Origin: a virus
Lineage: Duplodnaviria > Caudoviricetes
Virus record (IMG/VR): IMGVR_UViG_3300032310_000320
Span: 10,432-74,431 of that record
Reading direction: 5' to 3' (one strand)
Length of the DNA stretch: 64,000 bases
The notes beneath the pieces are model-generated. The model ran no database searches, was not told the DNA's origin, and worked only from the letters and a program-made list of their open reading frames with translations. The translations under genes and the position numbers were made by a program. Below, in pieces: positions 43,774-53,454 of this stretch. Position 1 is the stretch's first letter; the number at the start of each line of letters is the position of its first letter.

Positions 43774-44294
43774 CACGCTCTCCGTGTCAGAATGTGAAAC
43801 GCATCTTTGATCCGCTGCCATCCGACATACAAACCGCGCCGCCATTTAGGAATGGTCATGCGGCGACTCAGGTCACGACCATAGTTGGCCAATTCTTGAT
43901 AGTTTTCACACGGAGAATGCTCCGCAACGGAAGCTTCTCTTACCCCGGCCCAGTACACGCCTGAGATAACGGTACCGAGCAACGCCATATACAAAAACTG
44001 CGCAGGCTCTTCCACCTCAAACCAGCCAGACTCAGACAACGATTCCACCATAGATTTGGTCTTAGGATCTGCCGCAGCAGGCACGAACTTGCAGAATGCC
44101 GCACAGGCCTGACCAAGTTGCTCATCCGTCACATTGAAGTGTTTCTTAAACGCCGTAAGACAGTTAGGGTTGTTTTCCAACTCCTCAAGCCTTTGCGCTA
44201 CAACCATAGCAATGCTGCCAAAGTTGTGCGCTACGTCTCTCTCCGGACGGTATAAGCGCTTATCGTCTGCTGAGAACCGTGCCTGCAATCCCAT
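43773..44294 (-). CDS. Hypothetical protein
   Basis: 173-aa coupled ORF. Confidence 0.7.
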   Translation of the reverse strand: MGLQARFSADDKRLYRPERDVAHNFGSIAMVVAQRLEELENNPNCLTAFKKHFNVTDEQLGQACAAFCKFVPAAADPKTKSMVESLSESGWFEVEEPAQFLYMALLGTVISGVYWAGVREASVAEHSPCENYQELANYGRDLSRRMTIPKWRRGLYVGWQRIKDAFHILTRRA

Positions 44295-44295
44295 G

Positions 44296-44862
44296 TCAAA
44301 CCTCCTGCATCAAATCGTCAACATCGTCACCTAAATAAAATTTCGCCTGCTCTTTTATATAATCCTGTGGCAAGCATCCGTCTTTAGGTAATTCCTCAGA
44401 AAAGTACCGACAGTCCCAACCGGCAGCCTCGTCTCCCGTTACCAGCAAATTGTCTGAGTCGTAATATGTGCCGTTTCCTGAAATTATCGGTTCCCTCACG
44501 TAATTGGCTTCTCCATGCACGCCATGGACTAACAACTTGCCGCCGATTGTGATTGTGAACTTAGCGCCGGGCGGTATTTCACCCAAATCTGAATACTGCT
44601 TTCGTGCACCGTCGTCTATCCCGGCATAAGTAAATCCGTAATCGTGACACTCTGGACCGTCGGGAGTTACCAATAACGCTGCGCCGTACTCAGATTCAGC
44701 CAATTCATCCATGGCTGCATCTACACATTTTGCCTCTACTGCAAAGTGCTCAGGGAAGAAACTATCGTCAATAGTCACGAGCCAAATAATACCGCCTGCA
44801 CCCGGATTGATCACCGTTGCTGTGATTGGCTGGCCGCGAAATTTACCTTCTGCACGCACCAT
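44296..44862 (-). CDS. Hypothetical protein
   Basis: GGAG RBS; 188 aa. Confidence 0.7.
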   Translation of the reverse strand: MVRAEGKFRGQPITATVINPGAGGIIWLVTIDDSFFPEHFAVEAKCVDAAMDELAESEYGAALLVTPDGPECHDYGFTYAGIDDGARKQYSDLGEIPPGAKFTITIGGKLLVHGVHGEANYVREPIISGNGTYYDSDNLLVTGDEAAGWDCRYFSEELPKDGCLPQDYIKEQAKFYLGDDVDDLMQEV

Positions 44863-44863
44863 G

Positions 44864-45694
44864 TCACTCTCCCTTAGGCTGAGCCAGTTCGTAAGGCGTT
44901 GTTCTCATGCCATACACTTCTGGCAAATCCTCAACCATCCGAACCTTTGCGTCGCTAAACATGTGTGGATACTTCTTGCTCAGGATCTCGTAGATCTGGG
45001 CAAAGACGTATCTGATTTCCCATTCCGCGTGAGCTGACGTGCGCATCTGAATCATGTGCCTCGCCGCTCTTACATTCATTGAAAACCCAATCTCGTTTGC
45101 CACGCCATTGGGTAGGAACATCCGCCGTAACGCTGATGTCACTTTTTTCTTGTAATCGAACGACTGCTTGGGGTCGTTCAGATTCATGTCCTCGCACGCC
45201 ATCCGATACTTCATTTCCAAATACTCAAGCGTCAACTCGATGTCGTGCTTGATGGGCGCCAAGATCGGATCCCACACAACCTTCAGCTTGTCCGTACGCA
45301 CATACCTGCCAGACGTCTGACTGTATTCCGTACCGACGTGATGCCGCACTAACTCGTGCGTGAACACCCTACTACAGTTCGTAATGACAAAGTTAAAATT
45401 CACGTGCCCAAAAACAGATCCATGCCCGTGAGCTAAGCACGCAGCAAGATTCGCCGGAATATCCCGAGTTTTATCAATGTTGTCATTCTTGCCGGGAGAC
45501 AAAGAGGCGTAGCACAGTTTCGCATAGAAGCTTACGAGGCATTCCGCTGGCGACAGTCCCAGCTCCAAGGCATGCCTGTATTGCTGGATAAAGGCTTGAT
45601 TGCCTGTGTCCTCCAGATACCTAATCAGTTCCGTATCGTTTACTTCTGTGAATCCCAACAAATACACAGACGGCGTAACAAACGGGGATGGCAT
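44864..45694 (-). CDS. thyX: Flavin-dependent thymidylate synthase
   Basis: HGSVFGH; SRVFTHELVRH...YSQTSGRY; R...HAEWEIR. Confidence 0.92.
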   Translation of the reverse strand: MPSPFVTPSVYLLGFTEVNDTELIRYLEDTGNQAFIQQYRHALELGLSPAECLVSFYAKLCYASLSPGKNDNIDKTRDIPANLAACLAHGHGSVFGHVNFNFVITNCSRVFTHELVRHHVGTEYSQTSGRYVRTDKLKVVWDPILAPIKHDIELTLEYLEMKYRMACEDMNLNDPKQSFDYKKKVTSALRRMFLPNGVANEIGFSMNVRAARHMIQMRTSAHAEWEIRYVFAQIYEILSKKYPHMFSDAKVRMVEDLPEVYGMRTTPYELAQPKGE

Positions 45695-45701
45695 AAAATC
45701 C

Positions 45702-46505
45702 TCACTTAAAGGCCACGGCTACCGGATACTTAGGAACTGCGTCATCGCCTATCGTTAGATCGAAGTAAGCGACTTCTACCGACTGCCGGAGGTACTTGTC
45801 GGGTTTACGCAGCAATTCATCCTGTGTTACCAGTGTCTTAGGCAATACAACCTCGAACTCATCGTGCGTAGCTGTCTCACAAATGACAACCCCGAAACCT
45901 GTAAATTCGCCGTAACCCTTTTTTACGTCTACAGGTTTAAATTCTTTAAGTTTTGCTGTGTTAACTTCTAGGAAAAACATAGACGGGCCGGGACGGTAAT
46001 TCTCAGCGGAATGCCTGAGATAGATGCCCGGATACCCCAACATCAAACAACGCGATTGATAGTAGTTAAGATCTTCTCTGTTGCGGATTTTGACTGTTTC
46101 CGCGCACGTCACAGCACCGGTAGAGAAACTTCCCAGCATTTTGTAACGTTCAGAGAAAGCCGCCGGAGCGACCTGATCACACAAGACCAAACGCACTGTC
46201 TTGTTGCCTGTCGTATTTTTCTTCAAACGTTGTTGCAATACGGCTGGCGCAACATCATCTACAAGGAAACCATCCAAGATTGCTGTTGCCTGCTGCGCCA
46301 TAGGGTATCGAAGCGCCGTGGCCAAGTGAGGCACCGTTGGGATGGGCTCACCGGCCACGTCGCAAATATGAACTGTGTCATTCTCAAACCGCACAATACA
46401 CCGATGTCCTTGAATCTGCGGTTGCCCAAGCGCATTATCCCAGCGCACCTTGGACGAATAATCCGCGTAGTTCAAAGGCAACATCGGTGTCAGTGCAGTT
46501 GTCAT
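45702..46505 (-). CDS. ATP-dependent DNA ligase homolog lacking the catalytic lysine
   Basis: QPQIQGHRC (vs QPKxDGxRC); ILDGFL; KLKEF; LT..D.VPKYPV OB-end motif. Confidence 0.7.
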   Translation of the reverse strand: MTTALTPMLPLNYADYSSKVRWDNALGQPQIQGHRCIVRFENDTVHICDVAGEPIPTVPHLATALRYPMAQQATAILDGFLVDDVAPAVLQQRLKKNTTGNKTVRLVLCDQVAPAAFSERYKMLGSFSTGAVTCAETVKIRNREDLNYYQSRCLMLGYPGIYLRHSAENYRPGPSMFFLEVNTAKLKEFKPVDVKKGYGEFTGFGVVICETATHDEFEVVLPKTLVTQDELLRKPDKYLRQSVEVAYFDLTIGDDAVPKYPVAVAFK

Positions 46506-47419
46506 GAATTAGCGTTCCTTGCCGCGTAACAGTTAATACATAAATCCTGAGCAAGACCTTCGTCAAAATATGCTTCTGTGGCACAGGATGGACACAGTTT
46601 TACAGCATAGGTCGCAGGATGACAACCCGCTCTGCACTGTAAATAACCTATAGGACACGTATGACACGCAACTGTTAATGGATAGTTTTGCGGACATTTG
46701 TACGCGTCAGTCTTGCGAGCCCTGTAACGCATTTGTTCTTTATTCCAACGCATAAGTCCTTGCGTTGAAATGAGTTCTGAAAACACAAGCAATTTTTCTG
46801 ACTTGTCATAATCAATTAGCGCAGACAGTCTTAGCGTCACAAGATCCATGCCGTGTTTGTAGCGAAACGTTTCTTGCTTACGCGTCCCGGGTTGTTGAGT
46901 TTTAACCATGCCAAACATTTTCCAAGCAACAAACCGGCAGTACGCACGTGACCACCAAGCTGTCGTAGTCTCAAGTGTGGGGAAACCTGCCAACACTTTG
47001 AACGTCATATTGAAGCCATCCCCTTTCTTGGAATGACTACAAGTATCCGCTCTCATGATCTGGATAGGAACCCATTCCTTGCCCTCGACTCTTGCGTACG
47101 GTCTAACCGGTTTATTTTCTTTCAGCGTCCATTTATTACCCAACAGCCGATGCATTAGATCGACCGCACTTGTTTGCGTGAGAGTCGTTCCAGCGTAAGG
47201 CCGTAACGACTCTTGTATCACGTCAAATTGCAACAACGGCATTTGCAAAGCCAAGGATACCTGTGAAAACACAAAACGCACAAATTGCTGGAAGACAACG
47301 CCTGCCAGTTTTTGTTGCGCAAACTTATGGTACAGGTCTAGACCAATACTGTTCTTCTGCGCAATGATGCGTTCGACGTCATAGCGCAGTCGTGTAACCG
47401 TTTCCTTACTCTCCGTCAT
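46502..47419 (-). CDS. Hypothetical protein with C-terminal Cys clusters (Zn-binding)
   Basis: CHTC, C..GCH, CPSC, CINC. Confidence 0.7.
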   Translation of the reverse strand: MTESKETVTRLRYDVERIIAQKNSIGLDLYHKFAQQKLAGVVFQQFVRFVFSQVSLALQMPLLQFDVIQESLRPYAGTTLTQTSAVDLMHRLLGNKWTLKENKPVRPYARVEGKEWVPIQIMRADTCSHSKKGDGFNMTFKVLAGFPTLETTTAWWSRAYCRFVAWKMFGMVKTQQPGTRKQETFRYKHGMDLVTLRLSALIDYDKSEKLLVFSELISTQGLMRWNKEQMRYRARKTDAYKCPQNYPLTVACHTCPIGYLQCRAGCHPATYAVKLCPSCATEAYFDEGLAQDLCINCYAARNANS

Positions 47420-47957
47420 CGCAGAATTCCTTGTAGGGTACGACACAAACACCCGTACTTTCATTCACTTCAATAATCGGTGTCGTATCCTCAAGTGGTT
47501 TGTCTGTCGGTGCGTACGCGTGGACGTACGAATATGTTGCGGTTATGTCCGCATCCACCGTTTCATCTACTGCAATCGCCAGAAAAGACTTGATCAGTTG
47601 GTAGGGCATGTGATCTGCACTACCCACACCATTCTTCTGTAAACATGAAAACAATACACCGAGTTCATTCCAACACCCACCTGTATTGAAAAACCGTGCG
47701 ATTGCGTCGGCCAGTAAATACAGTCGGTGCGCTTCTCCTCTTTGAAACTCGTCAGGAGATGCCCAAAACCCCAGCGTCAACGTTTCTCGTTTTTCTTTGG
47801 GTGTATCCAACAACCGCACATACTGATCGTCTAAACGTAAATTGAAATACACCCCGACAGATTTGTCTTGATCGAGAAGCGTTGCGACATAGCCATCACC
47901 CGGTTTTAATTTGCTCAACGTCTTTGACAACAAATCGATGCTTGGTGTTGTGTTCAT
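47406..47957 (-). CDS. Hypothetical protein
   Basis: 183-aa ORF. Confidence 0.65.
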   Translation of the reverse strand: MNTTPSIDLLSKTLSKLKPGDGYVATLLDQDKSVGVYFNLRLDDQYVRLLDTPKEKRETLTLGFWASPDEFQRGEAHRLYLLADAIARFFNTGGCWNELGVLFSCLQKNGVGSADHMPYQLIKSFLAIAVDETVDADITATYSYVHAYAPTDKPLEDTTPIIEVNESTGVCVVPYKEFCDDGE

Positions 47958-48477
47958 AAATTAACTTGCCAACTTCCTTCCAGTAATGTGCCTCGATAGC
48001 ACGTAAAGGATATCCCCACGTATCTCTAATTTCGCGCGAAATACTTCTAACTTCTTTGACTGGCGGGTAAATGTATTCCCATTTGACTACATCCTGCGCA
48101 GCCAATTTCTGCAACTCCTGAATCGTCTCAGCGGTATATGCAAGTTTGGCCATGGCATGCCCATCTGCCTTCTTTTCCAACACAGGTTCTGCTGGCGCTA
48201 CACTCTGTTTACGCCACGCTTTACCACTGACACCTTGCGCTAGACTGGCATACGCTTGGTCAAGAGTCAGAACTGTCTTAACAATCCTGTCGTGTGTTGC
48301 ACCGTCGTAGATAACGGCAAACACAATCTTATGTTCCACGTTCAGTAACAATTGCTCAGTCGTCGTTTTCTGTCCGCCAAACGGCACAGTTGCCGCAAGC
48401 GCGTCTTCAATTGTGAGCGGAGCATACGGAAAACGCTCGGTGTAACGACACCGAGCGTGATTGGAAATCAACAACAT
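47896..48477 (-). CDS. Hypothetical protein
   Basis: 193-aa ORF; AGGG RBS. Confidence 0.65.
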   Translation of the reverse strand: MLLISNHARCRYTERFPYAPLTIEDALAATVPFGGQKTTTEQLLLNVEHKIVFAVIYDGATHDRIVKTVLTLDQAYASLAQGVSGKAWRKQSVAPAEPVLEKKADGHAMAKLAYTAETIQELQKLAAQDVVKWEYIYPPVKEVRSISREIRDTWGYPLRAIEAHYWKEVGKLIYEHNTKHRFVVKDVEQIKTG

Positions 48478-48486
48478 AAAACACCC

Positions 48487-49194
48487 TTAGATGCGGCACA
48501 CAATGTCCGCGATTATAGGATGGCGTACGATGTGATCATCGCTAATATGAATCACAGCGACGCCAGAAACGTTCTTGATCTTGTCAACAAGATCCATCAT
48601 TGCGATTCTTCCTACAAGGTCACTTTGACGGGGGTCACCCGTAATTATGATCTTGGAGCCTATGCCGATACGTGTGATGAACAGCTTCAACTGCGCATAT
48701 GAGCAGTTCTGAGCTTCGTCCAAAATACACACGGCATTTTTAAGCGTACGGCCACGCAGATAGGCAATCGGCGCAACCTCTAAACCCTTATCGATGTGCT
48801 TGCGCTGCGCGTTTTCCTTACCAACCAAATCATCCAACGCATCGTACAACGGCAGCATAAACGGATGCACTTTTTCCTCAAAGGATCCGGGCAAGAATCC
48901 CAGACGTTCTCCTGCTTCAACTATCGGACGTGAGATGATGATCTTCTGCGTCTTGGCTTCTAGTGCGCTGTGAATGGCATAGGCCGTAGCCAGAAAACTT
49001 TTGCCAGTACCAGCACTACCAATCAGAAACACCACGTCATTACGTGCGATAGTTTCCCAGCAAGATCGTTGAAACGCGTTCAGAAACTCGAGACTAAAAC
49101 CTTTTCGCTTCGGAGTCGGAACAATTATTTCCTGTTCGTTAAAGTCCTCAGGTTCGTTTAAGTTCTTCCGTTGCCGAACACGTCGTTTTGGCAT
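48487..49194 (-). CDS. phoH: PhoH-family ATPase
   Basis: GSAGTGKS; SRPIVEAGERLGFLPG; YLRGRTL; LDEAQN; GDPRQSD. Confidence 0.93.
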   Translation of the reverse strand: MPKRRVRQRKNLNEPEDFNEQEIIVPTPKRKGFSLEFLNAFQRSCWETIARNDVVFLIGSAGTGKSFLATAYAIHSALEAKTQKIIISRPIVEAGERLGFLPGSFEEKVHPFMLPLYDALDDLVGKENAQRKHIDKGLEVAPIAYLRGRTLKNAVCILDEAQNCSYAQLKLFITRIGIGSKIIITGDPRQSDLVGRIAMMDLVDKIKNVSGVAVIHISDDHIVRHPIIADIVCRI

Positions 49195-49257
49195 AGGTGC
49201 ACTTCCGTGGGCAGGTTACCCGCATTCTACCCCGCCGGCAAAGGTCAACACGAACAT

Positions 49258-49638
49258 TCACAGCGCACTTGTACTTGTCACGGCAAACCCAGCGTAAAAC
49301 CGCATAGATTGTTCGATTGTGTGAACTTGCTGTCCGACAAAAAGAAGCACTTCCTCAATTTCCAGACGTGGTGCTTCTTCTTTAAGCTTGCCAATAAACC
49401 TGAGAACTCTTTCCATACTTGCAGCTACAAGATGTTGTGGTTCCAGCGCAGGCACACGAAACGCATTGATGGGAATTCGTGCTAGCTCACCTGCGGCCGT
49501 ATACAGGAATTTCTCTTCATCGTCAGCGTTGAAACTGACCGAGATCCACAACTTGTTGTCACGCGGTACAACAATGACTGGCTGCTCTTTGCTCGCCAAA
49601 TGTGGTGCCACATCAACCCACACTACATTGACTTGCAT
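49258..49638 (-). CDS. Hypothetical protein
   Basis: 126-aa ORF. Confidence 0.6.
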   Translation of the reverse strand: MQVNVVWVDVAPHLASKEQPVIVVPRDNKLWISVSFNADDEEKFLYTAAGELARIPINAFRVPALEPQHLVAASMERVLRFIGKLKEEAPRLEIEEVLLFVGQQVHTIEQSMRFYAGFAVTSTSAL

Positions 49639-50420
49639 ATCTCAACCTCTACCTGTTTGTCCGCATCGTACTGTTCCACGGTGTAAACAAACGGTTTGCA
49701 CGGCGTGCTTGTTCCGTCGTACCACAAAGGCCGTGTACTCAATCCCCGGCGAGGTGCCCGAGACTCTTGCTGCTGCGCATCAGCATTGATGGCAACATGC
49801 TTGTTGTAATGAAACAAGCGGTAATTTTGCTGATACAACAATTCTCCCAGAATAGCGTCACCGCCATTGTGATGCATGTCCACAAACGGATAATCGTGTT
49901 TCTTGATCAACGACATACGTGCCGCCCACCAGCCACCCGTAGCGAACTTAACCTTGTACCCGTCAGGCCATTCTTTGCCTGTGTACCAAGGCTGCTGTCG
50001 AATCACGTTCTTCTGGTTGCCACTCCATGTTCCTTGCAGTCTGTACACGGAACCGACCATCTCAGCGTCAACCAAATAAGTACTTATAGCTTTCCAGAAA
50101 TCAGGCGGCGTAGGCCTCTTAATGCAACTGTCGTCGTCAAACCACATGACGTGCTGTTGCTGAGGATCTGCGTATCTCAACATCTGCCGCATCAACGGAT
50201 ATTTACCGACGTTCTCATTGTTACTCTCCGCAAAAAGAAGCACGGGGACATTGAATCCCCGTGCTTCTTCAATCAAATAATTTCGCACATCAGGCGTTAC
50301 TGCGTTCATACCGATGCGTAACTGTGAAACACCGGGGTAACGTGTACTTTCCCGGATAGACGACACACACCGTTCAATTAGATCGAAGTGGTCGCCGTAA
50401 CACAAAACGCATACAAGCAT
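49623..50420 (-). CDS. GT2-like glycosyltransferase
   Basis: NVGKYP; VMWFDDDS; GGWW; GGDAILG. Confidence 0.7.
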   Translation of the reverse strand: MLVCVLCYGDHFDLIERCVSSIRESTRYPGVSQLRIGMNAVTPDVRNYLIEEARGFNVPVLLFAESNNENVGKYPLMRQMLRYADPQQQHVMWFDDDSCIKRPTPPDFWKAISTYLVDAEMVGSVYRLQGTWSGNQKNVIRQQPWYTGKEWPDGYKVKFATGGWWAARMSLIKKHDYPFVDMHHNGGDAILGELLYQQNYRLFHYNKHVAINADAQQQESRAPRRGLSTRPLWYDGTSTPCKPFVYTVEQYDADKQVEVEICKSM

Positions 50421-50422
50421 TA

Positions 50423-51322
50423 TCAGGTTCCGGTCGGAGTACGCTTGGCTGCGCGTGGCCTGCGTACCTTCTTAGGTTCTGCTGCTTCCTGAGCAACAGG
50501 ATTGGACTTGTGCCGAGCGACATCGACTTCATCGTCAGGCACTTCTGCTGGATGCGCCGCAACAATACGATTAACCCGCTCCAAAGACTTGTTCAGACTC
50601 TTGAGAGCCGCCTGCGAAGATTCAAGCATAGCAACCAGCTTGTCACGTGCTTCTACAAGGGTGTCGCTCAGTGCCGATGTCACGACATCTGGAGAAAGGT
50701 GTGACAACGGATCAAAAATGTAATCGTCGGCGACATCCGTAATGTAGTTATTAAGCTTCTGCGCCAGCTTGCCGATACGCGTGACACCCGCGACTGGAGT
50801 CGTAGGTGGCTTTGGCGAACGGCCTGCTGTCGAAGACCCAGTCGTGCGATCTTCTACGCCCGACACATATTCCAACAATTCATTAGCCGTCATGCCTTCC
50901 CTGACAGCCTTTTCAATGACTGCCTTCTGCTCCCGTGGATCATCGAGACGGGCAGCATACACCCAGTGATACACAGACAAAGACAAACCACTGGCGGTCA
51001 GCTTATTCTGCTGCTCAACCACGTAGTTGATGTCTGGGAATGCACGAGCAAAGCTGCGGTAATCCCGCAGAGTGGCACCACGCACGTTAAGGAAGATCTC
51101 CAGCTTCTCAAGAGCCTTAGCCCCGTAGTGATTGCTGGCGTCCGTCAACACTGAATCCACCAGCGTTCCAATACGGTGGAAGTGATGCACGATCTTCCGA
51201 GTACCCGTAGTAAATTCTCGCTGCATCTGAACAGCGATCTCTCGCAACGATTCAGGCATCTGCTCGTACACTTCTTGACGTTGCGCTGACAACGGACCAG
51301 CCATCATTTCCATATCCGACAT
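50423..51322 (-). CDS. DUF1016_N/YhcG-like or ParB-like helical DNA-binding protein
   Basis: RIG...YGAKALEKL...LRDYRSFARAFP...LSVYHW...GMTANEL pattern. Confidence 0.5.
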   Translation of the reverse strand: MSDMEMMAGPLSAQRQEVYEQMPESLREIAVQMQREFTTGTRKIVHHFHRIGTLVDSVLTDASNHYGAKALEKLEIFLNVRGATLRDYRSFARAFPDINYVVEQQNKLTASGLSLSVYHWVYAARLDDPREQKAVIEKAVREGMTANELLEYVSGVEDRTTGSSTAGRSPKPPTTPVAGVTRIGKLAQKLNNYITDVADDYIFDPLSHLSPDVVTSALSDTLVEARDKLVAMLESSQAALKSLNKSLERVNRIVAAHPAEVPDDEVDVARHKSNPVAQEAAEPKKVRRPRAAKRTPTGT

Positions 51323-51348
51323 GCTCTACTCCTAGATCAACATTACCG

Positions 51349-51924
51349 TTAAGGCGCCCAACCCGATTGTTGGACACCTTTTAACAAATTGTCAAAACGC
51401 TGAACATACAAATTTGCCTTGCCGTGCGGCCATGTCAGCACCGGTCCGACATGATCGCAATTCAATGTGTGCACAACAAGACCGTGCGGAAATCCTTTTC
51501 GCGGCACAATCAATCCCGCCGGGCGGTTAGAAATCGTATCGAGTTTCTCTTCAAAAAAACTCGACAACAATTTAAACACCGTTGATCGTGCAAACTCATT
51601 AAACAGGTTAGGCAAAAAACACGACTCGTCAAGGTGCAATGCTTTGGTTGGCTTGATTGCACCCAAGAATACAGGAAACGACGGGAACATATTAGCAAAA
51701 CCTGCAAAAGTCAGCTCCGAACCATTGCTGGCTCGAAGCTCTTGTTCCAGTTTGCTTGCGGCTCTAGGTAGAAAAAACTTCAACAAAAACCGCACCCGTG
51801 TCTCTTCGTATCCTTCGTAATACGAGGGCTGCCGGGATAATCCCGCCAGCATTTCTTGCTGCCGCTGGATCAATTCAGGATCCACACGTGCTTCAAACAA
51901 ATCATCGTCGTCATCACTTGGCAC
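51349..51924 (-). CDS. Hypothetical protein
   Basis: 191-aa coupled ORF. Confidence 0.65.
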   Translation of the reverse strand: MPSDDDDDLFEARVDPELIQRQQEMLAGLSRQPSYYEGYEETRVRFLLKFFLPRAASKLEQELRASNGSELTFAGFANMFPSFPVFLGAIKPTKALHLDESCFLPNLFNEFARSTVFKLLSSFFEEKLDTISNRPAGLIVPRKGFPHGLVVHTLNCDHVGPVLTWPHGKANLYVQRFDNLLKGVQQSGWAP

Positions 51925-53395
51925 GGTTGATCAATCGCTCCAAATGGTTTGCGTAATCCCCCGTCAGTGTCGGGATGTGCGCAATACACAAACCTTTCCT
52001 GATCTTTTTAACTATCTCGGGATTGGCGTGAAGCATCGCTCCCAGACGACTCCATGACACGGCGTCCTTACCGCTCATGCCCAACGTCTTGGACCATGCT
52101 TTATTCTCCACATCCGCACGCGTTGGGCATGTTACGTGAATGCCCAATGCCTCCAATCGTGGCTTAAAGTAACTGTGACCTCCTTGATTCAGAATGTAAT
52201 CCAGCAACCAAACAAGAGACCAGTTCCAATCCCAGATCGTATGTTGACGCGCTGGTGCCATCTCCATGTCACCGTCAATGACTTCTTCAACATTGTTGTG
52301 CCGCCACAACAATCTTGTCGCAATCTTTTTGACGCCTTCGCTGTACGAGTTCTTGAACGTTTCAACGTTCACCTCGTAACCAACAAACTTAGACGACACG
52401 ATCTTGTGCTTCGGTCCCTTGGCTTTGGACAACTGAAGCTCAACGGATTCCTGAAACCCTAACTGCTTGCCCCCACCGATTGAACGAGTTGGCAATCCTC
52501 GTTCGTCCATACCGGTCTTCAACTGATTGACGGTCACCAGCGAGAACGGCCACCCGTCAAACTCCTGCGGGATGGCTTTGATGAACTTGGTATTAACCAA
52601 CGCTTCTGTGGCAAAACCACGTGCTGCGTTACCAATACCTTTACCCCTCAAACCATCCTTACCAATCTTGCCAAGTATCTTTTCCTGTTCGGTTTCAGAA
52701 GCTTTACCCGACACAGAATCGACTCCGAACAAGAACGGGATCTTGCGGCCAAAACCCTGAGAGTCGGCAGACCTCTTGGTGATCTTGATGGCGTCGGTAA
52801 GGTTACGCTGCCATTCTTCCAACGAGCCTGCACGTAAAAGCTGCGTCATCCCAAACATCTGTTTACCCATAATTGATTCGTACCAATCAGGGTTAAACTT
52901 AGTCTCGGTCTCGACCAGCCAGAATCCCCCGCCGAAACTCATGAACCACCGAGCAAACTCTGCCAGCATCGCAGACTTGCCCACACCCGTCTCAGCCACC
53001 AACTGGTACATCAAACCCAACGGCAACGCATCCAAACCCAACAGATACTCCATTGGCAACGACGGTGTCGGAATACCAACCATCAACTCTCGGGATTCCG
53101 AACCGATGAAGTAATTGGCCGGTGTGGTTTTGCGGGCTTCTTCAACCAACGCCGTCATGAACTTCCATTGCTGGTCAGGTCGAATCTTGCTCTTACCCTT
53201 GTCTATGTCGGTGTTGATCAATTGCGCAGGCAACAGATCATCGTCTGGCATGTCTGGAGCCGTAAATTCAGGTTCTTCTTCAATCTCTTCGACCTTGGGC
53301 TTACGCCCTTTCTTCTTAGGTTTAACTTCCGTGTCTTCCGTAACAGGAGTTACTCCCGTCATCTCTTCGTCATCATCCAGCGGTGGCAATTGCAT
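51914..53395 (-). CDS. recA: RecA/UvsX-family recombinase with acidic N-terminal extension
   Basis: AETGVGKS; VDSV; VNQLK; GGKQLGF; likely start MQLPP. Confidence 0.82.
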   Translation of the reverse strand: MQLPPLDDDEEMTGVTPVTEDTEVKPKKKGRKPKVEEIEEEPEFTAPDMPDDDLLPAQLINTDIDKGKSKIRPDQQWKFMTALVEEARKTTPANYFIGSESRELMVGIPTPSLPMEYLLGLDALPLGLMYQLVAETGVGKSAMLAEFARWFMSFGGGFWLVETETKFNPDWYESIMGKQMFGMTQLLRAGSLEEWQRNLTDAIKITKRSADSQGFGRKIPFLFGVDSVSGKASETEQEKILGKIGKDGLRGKGIGNAARGFATEALVNTKFIKAIPQEFDGWPFSLVTVNQLKTGMDERGLPTRSIGGGKQLGFQESVELQLSKAKGPKHKIVSSKFVGYEVNVETFKNSYSEGVKKIATRLLWRHNNVEEVIDGDMEMAPARQHTIWDWNWSLVWLLDYILNQGGHSYFKPRLEALGIHVTCPTRADVENKAWSKTLGMSGKDAVSWSRLGAMLHANPEIVKKIRKGLCIAHIPTLTGDYANHLERLINRAK

Positions 53396-53454
53396 AGAGT
53401 CCCCCAGAGGGGCACCGCAACCGAAATTGCGGTGCCCACGAAACAACCGGATTC

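Noticed and set aside
49224-49248. TTGACC...TAGAAT promoter upstream of phoH
   Set aside because: The spacer is only 13 nt, too short for sigma70.
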